The notes under the pieces are model-generated. The model was given only the letters and a program-made list of their open reading frames with translations. It did no database searches and was not told the DNA's origin. A program made the position numbers and the translations under genes. Of a stretch of DNA of 64,000 nucleotides, positions 50,641 to 59,675 are shown in pieces; the stretch's first letter is position 1; every line of letters starts with the position of its first letter. Origin of the DNA: an uncultured Gemmatimonadales bacterium (GTDB lineage Bacteria; Gemmatimonadota; Gemmatimonadetes; Gemmatimonadales; GWC2-71-9). Location of the stretch: NCBI GenBank assembly GCA_963697755.1, contig CAVOPE010000001.1, positions 148,912-212,911 on the forward strand, in the 5' to 3' direction.

Positions 50641-50928
50641 TCAAGTCGGCCGCTGACCTCCGCTGCGGCCGCAGCGTGGCGCCTGCCCGATCTTCCGAAG
50701 TGCATCCATCATCGCCACATCGATGGCGGCACGGTTCTGGTCCTTCTCCAGCGAGACCTCCGTGAGCACCGAGCCCTGCCGGCTCGACACGTAGCGCGCC
50801 GGCACACGGTTCAGCGTGTACACTACGACTTCGTCCCGGCAGACGTCGCAACCGCAGAAATCGGGATACCGCGGTCGCAAGGAGTCGTACGCCGCCTGGA
50901 CGTGCTCTTCGGCCAGGTTGCGGATCAC
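50641..50928 (-). CDS. ComFB-family (late competence development) protein
   Basis: VIRNLAEEHVQAAYDSLRPRYPDFCGCDVCRDEVVVYTLNRVPARYV matches the ComFB pattern (NxxEexV...fCxCxxCxxDvxaxaLNxLPpkY). The GTG start forms a GTGA overlap with the miaB stop. Confidence 0.7.
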   Translation of the reverse strand: MIRNLAEEHVQAAYDSLRPRYPDFCGCDVCRDEVVVYTLNRVPARYVSSRQGSVLTEVSLEKDQNRAAIDVAMMDALRKIGQAPRCGRSGGQRPT

Positions 50929-52235
50929 AGGACCGCCAGTGCGGGCGTGACGACCGCCCCCGTGAAGGTGGATCCGGTCGTGCCGGTGAGCCGACACGTG
51001 TGGTATTCGCCGGCCGCGGAAGGCGGCAGGTCGAGCAGCACGAGATGATTGGTGCGGGTCCGGCCCAGCATGAGTCCGCCCCGACGCGCCGGCCGCTCGA
51101 CGAGGACCTCGTGCGTCTGGCCGACGCGCGCGGCGTTCTTGCGGCGCGCCTGCGCCCGGACGGCCTCGATGAGTCGCTCGAGCCGCTCCGACGCCACGTC
51201 ATCCGGCACGTGGTCCTTGAGTCGCACCGCCGGTGTGCCGTCGCGAACCGAGTACTTGAAGGTGTAGGCGTCGTCGAAATCCGCCTCGGTGACGAGGCTG
51301 AGGGTTTCCTGGAACTGTGCCTCCGTCTCGCCCGGGAAGCCGACGATGATGTCGGTCGAGAACGTGATGCCGGGGACGGCCGCCCGCAGCGCGGCGACGA
51401 CCTCGACGTAGCGTGCGCGCGTGTAGCGGCGAAGCATCCGCCGCAGCACCGCGTCCGAGCCGCTCTGCACGGGAAGATGCACATGCTCGCACACCGCGGG
51501 CGAGGCGGCCATCGCCTCGATGACGGACGCCGTGAACTCGGTGGGGTACGGGCTGGTGAACCGGACGCGGCGCAAACCCTCGACGGCGCCGACCGCCCGC
51601 AGCAGATCGGCGAAATCGTGATCGCCGTCGTGATAGCTGTTCACCGTCTGCCCGAGCAGCGTCACCTCGCTGGTGCCGAGGGCGGCGAGGCTCTCGACCT
51701 CGCTCACGACGTCGGCCAGCCGGCGGCTCCGCTCGGGGCCGCGCGTGTGGGGCACGATGCAAAAGGTGCAGCGGTAGTCGCAACCGCGCTGCACCGTGAC
51801 GAACGCCGTGGGACCGTTTTCCCGCACCGGCGGGACGTCCTCATAATGCTCCCAGGCACGGAAGGTCGTGTCCGAGGTCCGCTGGCCCTGCACCGCGAGG
51901 CCGATGAGGTCCGGCAGGTTCCGATAGGCGTCCGGTCCCACGACGAGGTCGACCCTCGGCACGCGCTCCAGCAGCGCCGGGCCGAGTCGCTGCGCCATGC
52001 AGCCAACCACGCCCAGGACGTCCCCGGGCCGCTTGTGTCGCTGCAGCTCACCCATCCGGCCAATGACCCGCTGTTCGGCGTTGTCGCGCACCGCGCAGGT
52101 GTTGACCAGCATGACGTCGGCCTCGGCGGGATCCTCCGAGCGGACGTAGCCCTCGCGGCCAAGGACCCCGAACATGAGCTCGGAGTCCGCCACGTTCATC
52201 TGGCACCCGTAGGTCTCGATGTAGATCCGCTTCAT
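50925..52235 (-). CDS. miaB: tRNA-2-methylthio-N6-dimethylallyladenosine synthase
   Basis: MKRIYIETYGCQMNVADSE (UPF0004 domain), radical-SAM motif GCDYRCTFC and a TRAM C-domain. The ATG is preceded by GGAGG; the track start at 52244 is a TTG. Confidence 0.95.
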   Translation of the reverse strand: MKRIYIETYGCQMNVADSELMFGVLGREGYVRSEDPAEADVMLVNTCAVRDNAEQRVIGRMGELQRHKRPGDVLGVVGCMAQRLGPALLERVPRVDLVVGPDAYRNLPDLIGLAVQGQRTSDTTFRAWEHYEDVPPVRENGPTAFVTVQRGCDYRCTFCIVPHTRGPERSRRLADVVSEVESLAALGTSEVTLLGQTVNSYHDGDHDFADLLRAVGAVEGLRRVRFTSPYPTEFTASVIEAMAASPAVCEHVHLPVQSGSDAVLRRMLRRYTRARYVEVVAALRAAVPGITFSTDIIVGFPGETEAQFQETLSLVTEADFDDAYTFKYSVRDGTPAVRLKDHVPDDVASERLERLIEAVRAQARRKNAARVGQTHEVLVERPARRGGLMLGRTRTNHLVLLDLPPSAAGEYHTCRLTGTTGSTFTGAVVTPALAVL

Positions 52236-52254
52236 GGCCTCCAAAGATACCTCG

Positions 52255-53388
52255 CTAGGGCCGGACCGTCACCGTGAGGTCGAGCAGGAAGGCCCGCTCG
52301 CTGTATACCCCTTCGGAGCGCCACACGTGCTCGAGTCCCACGTCGATACCTGCCCGCTCCTGCGCGAAATGCAGGCCCGAGCCGATCGAGACGCCGAACT
52401 CGTGGGGCTGCTCGCCCGGCACCAGCGTGAACGGCAACGTCCCGTAGCGGGCCCCCACCCGAATGGGGGTTTGGGTCGGACGGCGTGGATTGGAGAACTC
52501 CATGCCCAGCGACGCTTCGACGGTGTTCTGGGCGCCGTTTCCGCGCTGGGCCAGCAGGTCGCTGTTGGCGCCGGACCAGGTCTTTACGATCACCTGGCTC
52601 GCGAGCTCGATCTTGGGCTGTGCGCGCCAGCGCACACCGACGCCGAACGAATAGGGCAAATCCACCGTGCCGATGTCGGTCGAATCGCGGTCGACGTTGA
52701 GCTTGCCATCGTAGCGGACCGACCCGGCGACGCTGAACCTCGGCCCGAAATTGCGAATGACCCCGAGCGAGAGCCCGACACCCGCGAAGGAGAGCTCGGT
52801 CGACTCCGTGGAGACCTGGTAGGTCGTGTCGGAAAACGTGCGTCGCGCGCGGAGTCGGTTCGAGCCCGTGATCACGTGAAAGCCCGCACCGACGATCCAG
52901 GCATCGCTCAAGCGATAGGCGCCGGCGAGCCGCAGGTCACTCAGGCCGCCGCGCGAGGCAAGCGTGTCGGTGACCGGCACGAGCGTCCCTCGCAGGACCG
53001 CGGTGTCCACGCTGGCCAGCGTGAAATCGCGATTGGTGTACATGGAGTAGCTCAGGCCGAGCACGGCCGGTAAGACCCGCGCCGGACCCGCGACCGTGAG
53101 GTGGGGGAAGCGCGTCTCGCGCGTCGACGCGCTGCCCGCGGGGTTTTCCACGTCCCGGTAGTCCTGCAGGACGTTGAATCCCGCCGAGAGGGCGGTCGCG
53201 CGTCCCAGGGACGCCGGGTTGACGCTGGATTCGACGTCGAACATCGCGAAGGCGCCGCCGGTCGAGAACGCCCGGGCGCTCAGGGCCCGGCCCGGCATGC
53301 CCAGCCCCCGTACGCCGAACTGGGAGGTCTGGGCGGAGGCCACGGCCGGGAGGGCCGCGAGCCCCAGGAGGAGGAAGGCTCGGCGCAC
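52255..53388 (-). CDS. Putative outer-membrane beta-barrel protein (uncharacterised)
   Basis: Signal peptide VRRAFLLLGLAALPAVASAQ, then alternating amphipathic beta-strand pattern throughout (e.g. LRLAGAYRLSDAWIVGAGFHVITG, FSVAGSVRYDG, FGVGVRWRA). The family is not recognised. It starts immediately after the upstream lipoprotein stop (TAA-GTG). Confidence 0.6.
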   Translation of the reverse strand: MRRAFLLLGLAALPAVASAQTSQFGVRGLGMPGRALSARAFSTGGAFAMFDVESSVNPASLGRATALSAGFNVLQDYRDVENPAGSASTRETRFPHLTVAGPARVLPAVLGLSYSMYTNRDFTLASVDTAVLRGTLVPVTDTLASRGGLSDLRLAGAYRLSDAWIVGAGFHVITGSNRLRARRTFSDTTYQVSTESTELSFAGVGLSLGVIRNFGPRFSVAGSVRYDGKLNVDRDSTDIGTVDLPYSFGVGVRWRAQPKIELASQVIVKTWSGANSDLLAQRGNGAQNTVEASLGMEFSNPRRPTQTPIRVGARYGTLPFTLVPGEQPHEFGVSIGSGLHFAQERAGIDVGLEHVWRSEGVYSERAFLLDLTVTVRP

Positions 53389-54648
53389 TTACTGGTTCTC
53401 GAAGGGGAAGGCGCGCTGATACGTGAGCCGAAGTCGCGGCGCCACGTTGGTCCCGTCGGGCACGTGGGAGCGGGTGGAGAAGAACACGGCGCGCGTGAAG
53501 GTGGCGCCTTCCGGCAGCAGGCTCAGAAAGATGCTCTGGGGGCGGAGGCTCGAGGTCTGCCAGAGCTTGAGGTGCTGAGTGACTTCGATGCTGACCGTGT
53601 CGCTCTGGATGGCGGGCAAGGTGTCCTGCTGTATCACCGACGCAACTGGAGGGATCGCGAGCGCGGACTTGGCGCCCAGATCGCTGATGACGCCCGTGGC
53701 TTGGAGGGTCGCCGGGTCGGTGGGGAGGCTGATGATGGGGCTGACCGGCGTGAGCTCGAGCGTGGCCCGGATCACCGTGATCGAATCCAGGAACTCGTTG
53801 GTGAGGCCGAACCGGATCAGCGCCCGTGAGGCCGGCTCGCCGCCCACCGTCAGCAGCGTGTCGTCGGGGAGTAGCGGGTTCTGCGTGAGAAACGTGTTGA
53901 ACACCGTGCCGCGGCTGATGCTCGGCTTGAGGGTGGTGCCGGTGTCGGGCACGTCCAGCAACGTCACGAAGCTGGTGAACGACGCGGCGGTGCCGCCAGC
54001 GAGCGAGCCGAGCCGGACGCCCGTCGGCGTGTCCGCGGCGATGCGAATGCCCACGGCGAGGACACTGTCACCTCCCGGCGCGAGGCCCAGGCGGGCCGCG
54101 TCGCCGCCGACGAGCTTGGCCGCGATGGTGCCTTGGTTGACCGTATCGGGCACCGCGATGGTGTCGATCAGGTTGGCGTCCACCAGCTGCGCGTCCACAT
54201 CCGCGAAGGTGCGGGTGCTGTCGATCGTCTCCGGCAACGGCAGCCGGTAGAGGATGACCTTGAGCCCGTTCACCAGCGTGTCGCGGGCGACGAGGTTCAG
54301 GACGATCGCCACGGAGTCGACGCTATAGGCCCGGAGCGTGTCGCGCAGAGCGACCGAATCGCCTCGGGCGGCGAAGCGGTAGACCGCGCGATCCTCGGAC
54401 GCCGCGAACCCGTTGGAGACGAGCAGCGCGGGACCTTTGCCGCGATCGACGTAGCCGCCGCCCGGATCGCCGGCCCGGGGAAAGCTGCTGTCACGCAGCG
54501 CCGCCGCCGGGATGATCGTGTCGAAGACTTCCTGCGTGCCGCCCGGGCACAGCGCCGGGCAATCCGCCGGCGCCGTGAGCTGCTCCTGGCACGCCGCGAG
54601 GACGGCCGTCAGCAGCACTCCTCCGGCCAGCCGCCGCCACCCGGTCAC
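53389..54648 (-). CDS. Uncharacterised lipoprotein (419 aa)
   Basis: VTGWRRLAGGVLLTAVLAAC lipobox. The rest is beta-rich with no recognised motif. The GTG start forms a GTGA overlap with the cdd stop. The long N-terminal extension in the track ORF overlaps cdd. Confidence 0.6.
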   Translation of the reverse strand: MTGWRRLAGGVLLTAVLAACQEQLTAPADCPALCPGGTQEVFDTIIPAAALRDSSFPRAGDPGGGYVDRGKGPALLVSNGFAASEDRAVYRFAARGDSVALRDTLRAYSVDSVAIVLNLVARDTLVNGLKVILYRLPLPETIDSTRTFADVDAQLVDANLIDTIAVPDTVNQGTIAAKLVGGDAARLGLAPGGDSVLAVGIRIAADTPTGVRLGSLAGGTAASFTSFVTLLDVPDTGTTLKPSISRGTVFNTFLTQNPLLPDDTLLTVGGEPASRALIRFGLTNEFLDSITVIRATLELTPVSPIISLPTDPATLQATGVISDLGAKSALAIPPVASVIQQDTLPAIQSDTVSIEVTQHLKLWQTSSLRPQSIFLSLLPEGATFTRAVFFSTRSHVPDGTNVAPRLRLTYQRAFPFENQ

Positions 54649-55031
54649 GTGAGCTGCTCCTTCCCGAACGCGGCGGGCAGCAGCTCGCCGATGGTCCAGC
54701 GCGTCGCCCGGGAGGGCCCGACGCCGTCCACCGGAAAGTCGCGTCCGAATTCCGACAGCACCTGGCGGCACGCGCCGCAGGGGGCGGCGGGAGGATCCAC
54801 GTCCGAGACGACCACCGCCCGCACGAACCGACTCGCGCCCGCCGCGACCGCGGCGCACACCGCGGCCCGCTCGGCGCAGATGGTCAGGCCGTACGACGCG
54901 TTCTCGACGTTGCAGCCGACGAACACTCGGCCGTCCTCCGCCTCGAGCGCACAGCCCACGTGGAACCGCGAGTACGGCGCATAGGCACGGCGCTGCACCG
55001 CGCGCGCCGCTTCCAGCAGCGTATCAGTCAC
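54645..55031 (-). CDS. cdd: Cytidine deaminase
   Basis: VTDTLLEAARAVQRRAYAPYSRFHVGCALEAEDGRVFVGCNVENASYGLTICAERAA...PCGACRQVL (homotetrameric CDA zinc motifs CAE / PCGxCRQ). Confidence 0.9.
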   Translation of the reverse strand: MTDTLLEAARAVQRRAYAPYSRFHVGCALEAEDGRVFVGCNVENASYGLTICAERAAVCAAVAAGASRFVRAVVVSDVDPPAAPCGACRQVLSEFGRDFPVDGVGPSRATRWTIGELLPAAFGKEQLT

Positions 55032-56193
55032 TCCAAACCTCAGGCAGAAACGAAGCGCCCGCCGCGAGGGGCGGGACACCGAGAAAGTCGGCCACCGTCT
55101 GGCCGATGTCGGCGAACGTGCGGCGCCGGCCCAGCGCGACGGGCCGGACGCGCGGACCCGTGACCAGCACCGGCACGATCTCGCGCGAGTGGTCGGTGGA
55201 GGGTGTGGTCGGGTCGTTGCCGTGATCGGCGGTAAAGATAATGAGGTCCTCCTCGCGCACTGACGCGAGCAGCCGCGGCAGGGCCCGATCGAGCGCGACC
55301 AGGCCGCCATGAAATCCCGGCACGTCGTTGCGGTGGCCCCAGGTCTGGTCGAACTCGATGACGTTCGCCAGCAGGAGCCCCCGCCGCATCGACTGGAGCG
55401 CCCCCTCGATGAGCCCGTACGCCTCGCCATTGGTGGCGGTATGGATGCTCGAGATCGCCCGGCCGGCGAACAGGTCGTCCACCTTGCCGACCCCCACCCG
55501 AGGGACGTGATGCTCGAGCAGCCGGTCGAGCAGGGTGGGTCCCGGCGGTGGCAGGCTGAAATCCTTGCGCTGGGGCGTCCGCTGCCAAGCCCCGGGCACG
55601 CCCACGAACGGCCTCGCGATGACCCGCGAGACTCCATGCTCACCCTGGAGCAGCTCGCGGGCGGCGGCGCACGCGGCGTACAGCTCCGTGAGCGGTGCCG
55701 TGTCCGTGTGCGCGGCCACCTGGAAAACGCTGTCGGCCGACGTGTACACGATCCACTTGCCGGTCCGGCGGTGCTCCTCGCCGAACTGGTCCAGCACCCG
55801 GGTTCCCGAGGCCGGGAGGTTCCCCAGCACGCCTCGCCCGGTGCGGCGCGCGAACTCGTCGATCACCTCGGTCGGGAAGCCGTCGGGATAGGTGGGAAAC
55901 GGGTCGGCCACGACCAGGCCGCAGAGCTCCCAGTGCCCGGTCGTGCTGTCCTTCCCGGCGCTCGTGGGCTCGGCGGTGCCGTAAGCCGCCGTGGGGCGCT
56001 CGACGGCCCGCACGCCCTGGAGCGGCGCGCAGCAGCCGAGCCCGAGCGCCTCGAGGTTCGGCAGCGCCAGGCCTCCGACCGCCTGGGCCACGTTGCCGAG
56101 CGTGTTGCTCCCGGCGTCCCCGTACGCGTCGGTGTCCGGCGCGGGGCCGATGCCCAGGCCGTCGAGCACCAGGATGGCGGCGCGCCGGCTCAC
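55024..56193 (-). CDS. deoB: Phosphopentomutase
   Basis: RAAILVLDGLGIG...GDAGSNTLG, NLIEFD-like VIEFDQTWGHRND and FTADHGNDPT (metal-binding motifs of DeoB). The GTG start forms a GTGA overlap with the upstream stop. Confidence 0.9.
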   Translation of the reverse strand: MSRRAAILVLDGLGIGPAPDTDAYGDAGSNTLGNVAQAVGGLALPNLEALGLGCCAPLQGVRAVERPTAAYGTAEPTSAGKDSTTGHWELCGLVVADPFPTYPDGFPTEVIDEFARRTGRGVLGNLPASGTRVLDQFGEEHRRTGKWIVYTSADSVFQVAAHTDTAPLTELYAACAAARELLQGEHGVSRVIARPFVGVPGAWQRTPQRKDFSLPPPGPTLLDRLLEHHVPRVGVGKVDDLFAGRAISSIHTATNGEAYGLIEGALQSMRRGLLLANVIEFDQTWGHRNDVPGFHGGLVALDRALPRLLASVREEDLIIFTADHGNDPTTPSTDHSREIVPVLVTGPRVRPVALGRRRTFADIGQTVADFLGVPPLAAGASFLPEVWSD

Positions 56194-56438
56194 GGGCGCG
56201 AGGCGGTCTGCACGAAGCGGAAGCGCAGCGAGGTGACCGTCTGATCGAGCAGACGACGCTCGTCGGGCTCGAGGTGGCTCTCGGTCTTCTCCACCAGCAT
56301 GCCGAGGGTATCGATCAAGGTCTGAGCGACCGTGCGGGCGTCGCCGGCGCCCTCGGCGCCGGGCGGCAGGTTGCCGGACAGCGCCGATTCCGCCTGATGC
56401 GCAAGGCCCAGCACGAGCGAGGCGAAATGTGGATTCAC
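56190..56438 (-). CDS. DUF1844-domain protein
   Basis: 82 aa: FASLVLGLAHQAESALSGNLPPG...ARTVAQTLIDTLGMLVEKTESHLEPDERRLLDQTVTSLRFRFV matches the DUF1844 pattern as I remember it. The GTG start forms a GTGA overlap with the alr stop. Confidence 0.65.
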   Translation of the reverse strand: MNPHFASLVLGLAHQAESALSGNLPPGAEGAGDARTVAQTLIDTLGMLVEKTESHLEPDERRLLDQTVTSLRFRFVQTASRP

Positions 56439-57529
56439 TGGTCACTCCGGTAGCGGCGCGGGACGCGCGAGCCGAGGGCCGTCAACAGCTCGTAGGCGAT
56501 GGTACCCGAGGCCCTCGCCTGCTGGTCGAGGGAGACGCGTCCGCCATAGATCGTCGCCACATCGCCGGGCTTCGGCACGGCCTCGCCGACATCCAGCATG
56601 GTCATGTCCATCGTGACGCGGCCGACGACCGGCGCGAGCGCGCCGTTGAGTTCCACGAGCCGAGGCGGGCGCGCCATCCCGGACTCGGCACTGGCGCGCG
56701 GGAGGCCGTCGGCGTAGCCGATCGCGACCGTCGCGATGGACGTCGCGCGCGCTGCCCGCCAAGTGGCACCGTAACTCACCGGGTCACCCGGAGCGAGCCG
56801 CCGCACGGCGAGCACCCGCGCGCGAAGCGAGGCGACTGGCGCGGGTGACGTGGCGCCCGCCTCACCGCCATAGAGGAAGATGCCCGGCCGGATCATGTCG
56901 CCCGCGTAGGCCCGGCCGCACAGGGCGCCGGCGCTGTTGGCCGCGTGCACGAGGGCAGGGCGGCGCGGCATCGCGTTGAGGACGCCCTGGAACCGCTCCC
57001 ACTGACTCGCCGTCGACGCCGGGTCGGTCTCGGCGCTGTGAAAGTGGGTGAACACACCTTCCCAGCCAGGCGCCGCGCCGAGCAGCGCGGCGCTGCGCGC
57101 GAGCGCGGACGCGTCGGTCCAGCGAATGCCCGCGCGGGCCATCCCGGTGTCGATTTCCAGATGGAACGGTCGGTCGCTCCGGCCACACCACGCTTCGAGC
57201 GCCACCGGGTCGCCGATCGCGGGCCGCAGATCGGCGGCCAGGTGCGCGTCGATCGCCTCGATGGGCAGCGGGCTCAGCACGAGAATGGGGCGCGCGATCC
57301 CGGCCTGCCGGAGCGCCGAGCCCTCCTCCACCGAGGCGACGCCGAAGCCCCAGGGGTCGAGCGCCTCCAGGGCACGCGCGACCGCGACGGCGCCGAGACC
57401 GTAGCCGTTAGCTTTGACCATCGGCAACAGGCGGCTTCCGGTGAGGGCGACCAGCGTGCGTGCGTTGGCGGCCAGCGCTCCCAGGTCGACGTCCACCCAG
57501 GCTCGCGCCGTGTCGGGGCTCAAGGTCAT
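56435..57529 (-). CDS. alr: Alanine racemase
   Basis: AWVDVDLGALAANARTL...LLPMVKANGYGLGA (PLP-lysine motif VKANxYGHG-like) and C-terminal VGRVTMDMTMLDV. Confidence 0.92.
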   Translation of the reverse strand: MTLSPDTARAWVDVDLGALAANARTLVALTGSRLLPMVKANGYGLGAVAVARALEALDPWGFGVASVEEGSALRQAGIARPILVLSPLPIEAIDAHLAADLRPAIGDPVALEAWCGRSDRPFHLEIDTGMARAGIRWTDASALARSAALLGAAPGWEGVFTHFHSAETDPASTASQWERFQGVLNAMPRRPALVHAANSAGALCGRAYAGDMIRPGIFLYGGEAGATSPAPVASLRARVLAVRRLAPGDPVSYGATWRAARATSIATVAIGYADGLPRASAESGMARPPRLVELNGALAPVVGRVTMDMTMLDVGEAVPKPGDVATIYGGRVSLDQQARASGTIAYELLTALGSRVPRRYRSDQ

Positions 57530-57567
57530 GGTAGGCCGGCGGGTATCTTATTCCGCGAGGGAGATAA

Positions 57568-58371
57568 ATGCAAGACAATTCAGCGCTTGGGCGCGCGCTG
57601 CGCATGGTCCGCGACCTCCGGGAGCGCTGTCCGTGGGACCGGGCGCAAACCAGGGAGACGCTGCGCCCGTACCTGGTCGAGGAAGTGCTCGAGCTCGATC
57701 ATGCGCTGGGCGAGGGCGAAGCGGCCGCCATCCGCGACGAGCTCAGCGATTTCCTGCTGCATCTGGCCTTCCAGCTCGTGATCGCGGAAGAGCGAGGCGA
57801 ATTCACCGCCGACGACGTCGCGACAGGGCTCGAGCAGAAGATGCGGCGCCGGCACCCGCATCTCTTCGACCTCGGCCAAGCCCAGGCGTGGGAGCGGATC
57901 AAGCGGCAGGAGCGGAAAGGGCGGACCCTCGCCGGCATCACGCCCACGCTCCCGCCCCTGCTCAAGGCCTACCGACTGCAGGAGCGGGCGGCGTCCGTGG
58001 GCTTCGACTGGCCGGATGCCGCCGGACCGGCAGCCAAAGTGCGGGAGGAGTTGGCGGAGGTGGAGGCCGAGCTGGTGGCGCGGGCGGCCGCACGATCGGA
58101 GTCGCCGTCGGAAGACCCGAACGCCCCCGCCCCACCCCCCAGCGACGCGATGATCGATGAGATCGGCGACCTGCTGTTCGCCGCGGTCAATCTCGCCCGC
58201 AAGGCAGACGTGCAACCGGAGCCCGCCCTCGACCGGGCCAATCGGAAATTCCGCGAGCGGTTCGAGGCCGTCGAGCGCCTGGCCGACCACCGCGGCATGG
58301 ACCTCCACGGCGCGGGTCTCGAGGCACTGGATCGGTTGTGGGACGAGGTGAAGGCGGGCGAGGTGCCCTAA
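57568..58371 (+). CDS. mazG: Nucleoside triphosphate pyrophosphohydrolase MazG
   Basis: LRERCPWDRAQTRETLRPYLVEEVLEL...ELSDFLLHLAF and a second EEVxEL-type repeat REELAEVEAEL...EIGDLLFAAVNLAR (tandem MazG domains). GAGGGAG RBS. Confidence 0.9.
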   Translation: MQDNSALGRALRMVRDLRERCPWDRAQTRETLRPYLVEEVLELDHALGEGEAAAIRDELSDFLLHLAFQLVIAEERGEFTADDVATGLEQKMRRRHPHLFDLGQAQAWERIKRQERKGRTLAGITPTLPPLLKAYRLQERAASVGFDWPDAAGPAAKVREELAEVEAELVARAAARSESPSEDPNAPAPPPSDAMIDEIGDLLFAAVNLARKADVQPEPALDRANRKFRERFEAVERLADHRGMDLHGAGLEALDRLWDEVKAGEVP

Positions 58372-59663
58372 GGGTAGAGCCGGTGAATCTGACGGGGAAA
58401 GGCGATGACCTCGCGAATGTGAGGCACGCCGGTGATCCAGGCAACGGTCCGCTCGAGTCCGAGCCCGAAGCCCGAATGGACGAAGGTCCCATACTTCCGG
58501 AGGTCGAGGTACCAGCGGTACCGCTCCGGATCGAGCCCCTGCTGCTGGATCCGCGACAGCAGGCGGTCGTAGTCATCCTCGCGCTGGGAGCCGCCGATGA
58601 TCTCGCCGTAGCCTTCCGGCGCCAGGCAATCGTTGTTGAGCACGGTCCGGGGATCGTCGGGGTTCTCCTTCATGTAGAACGCCTTGACGCCCTTGGGGTA
58701 GTTGAAGACGAACACGGGCCGGTCGAACTCCTTGGCCAGCAGGGTCTCATCGTCGCCTCCCAGGTCATCCCCCCACTTGATGTCGGAGCCGAGCTGGTTG
58801 AGCTTTGCGACCGCGTCGGTGTAGGAGATCCGCGGAAACGGCGCTTGCACCCGCTCGAGCCCGGACGTGTCGCGCTCCAGCTCCTTCAGTTCTTCCCGGC
58901 GGCGCTCGAGCGCTCGTCCCACGATGTAGCTGACGAACGACTCCTGCAGCAGCATGTTGGCGTCCGAATCGTTGAACGCCACTTCGGGCTCGACCATCCA
59001 GAATTCGGTGAGGTGGCGTCGAGTCTTGGATTTCTCCGCCCGGAAGGTGGGACCGAAGCAGTACACCTTGCCCAGCGCCGCCGCGGCCGCCTCGACGTAC
59101 AGCTGGCCGGTCTGGGCCAGGTAGGCCTTGCCCAGATCGAAGTAGTCGGTGGCGAACAGGTTCCCCGCCTCTTCGCCGATGGCCCCCGTCAGGATCGGGG
59201 TGTCCACCAGGGTGAATCCTTCCTGGTAGAAATAGTCCCGGATAGCCTGCTCTACTTCGTGGCGGACCCGGGCCACCGCGACCTGGCGCCGGGACCGGAG
59301 CCAGAGATGTCTATGCTCGAAGAGGAACGTCGTCCCATGTTCTTTGGGGGAGATGGGATAGTCGGGGCTCGGACCGAGCGGCTCGAGCCGGGTGACCGAG
59401 ACCTCGACCCCTCCAGGAGACCGGGGGTCGTCGCGCACGACGCCGGTCACCGCCACCGTCGCTTCCTGGGTCAGCTGCCCGAACGCCACCCACGTATCCT
59501 CCGGAACCTCTTTCTTGGACAGGACCCCTTGCACGGAGCCCGACCCGTCGCGCAGCACGAGAAACGCGATCTTCCCGCTCGACCGGGTCGTCACGACCCA
59601 GCCGCGCAGCGTGACCGTCTCGCCCACGTGCGCGCGCAGCGCGCTGATCTGTACCGCCGTCAT
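58368..59663 (-). CDS. asnS: Asparagine--tRNA ligase
   Basis: 431 aa, class IIb. OB-fold N-domain (VTLRGWVVTTRSSGKIAFLVLRDGSG). Motif 2 FRAEKSKTRRHLTEFWMVEPEVAF, motif 3 GFGLGLERTV, C-terminal FPRQIHRLYP. Confidence 0.88.
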   Translation of the reverse strand: MTAVQISALRAHVGETVTLRGWVVTTRSSGKIAFLVLRDGSGSVQGVLSKKEVPEDTWVAFGQLTQEATVAVTGVVRDDPRSPGGVEVSVTRLEPLGPSPDYPISPKEHGTTFLFEHRHLWLRSRRQVAVARVRHEVEQAIRDYFYQEGFTLVDTPILTGAIGEEAGNLFATDYFDLGKAYLAQTGQLYVEAAAAALGKVYCFGPTFRAEKSKTRRHLTEFWMVEPEVAFNDSDANMLLQESFVSYIVGRALERRREELKELERDTSGLERVQAPFPRISYTDAVAKLNQLGSDIKWGDDLGGDDETLLAKEFDRPVFVFNYPKGVKAFYMKENPDDPRTVLNNDCLAPEGYGEIIGGSQREDDYDRLLSRIQQQGLDPERYRWYLDLRKYGTFVHSGFGLGLERTVAWITGVPHIREVIAFPRQIHRLYP

Positions 59664-59675
59664 GCCGGGTCCGGA

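Noticed and set aside
58368-58371. The four-base overlap of the convergent mazG (TAA) and asnS (TAG) stop codons, considered as a special regulatory feature.
   Set aside because: This is a consequence of compact gene packing: CTAA read on both strands. No hairpin or conserved element is associated with it, so I treat it as incidental.
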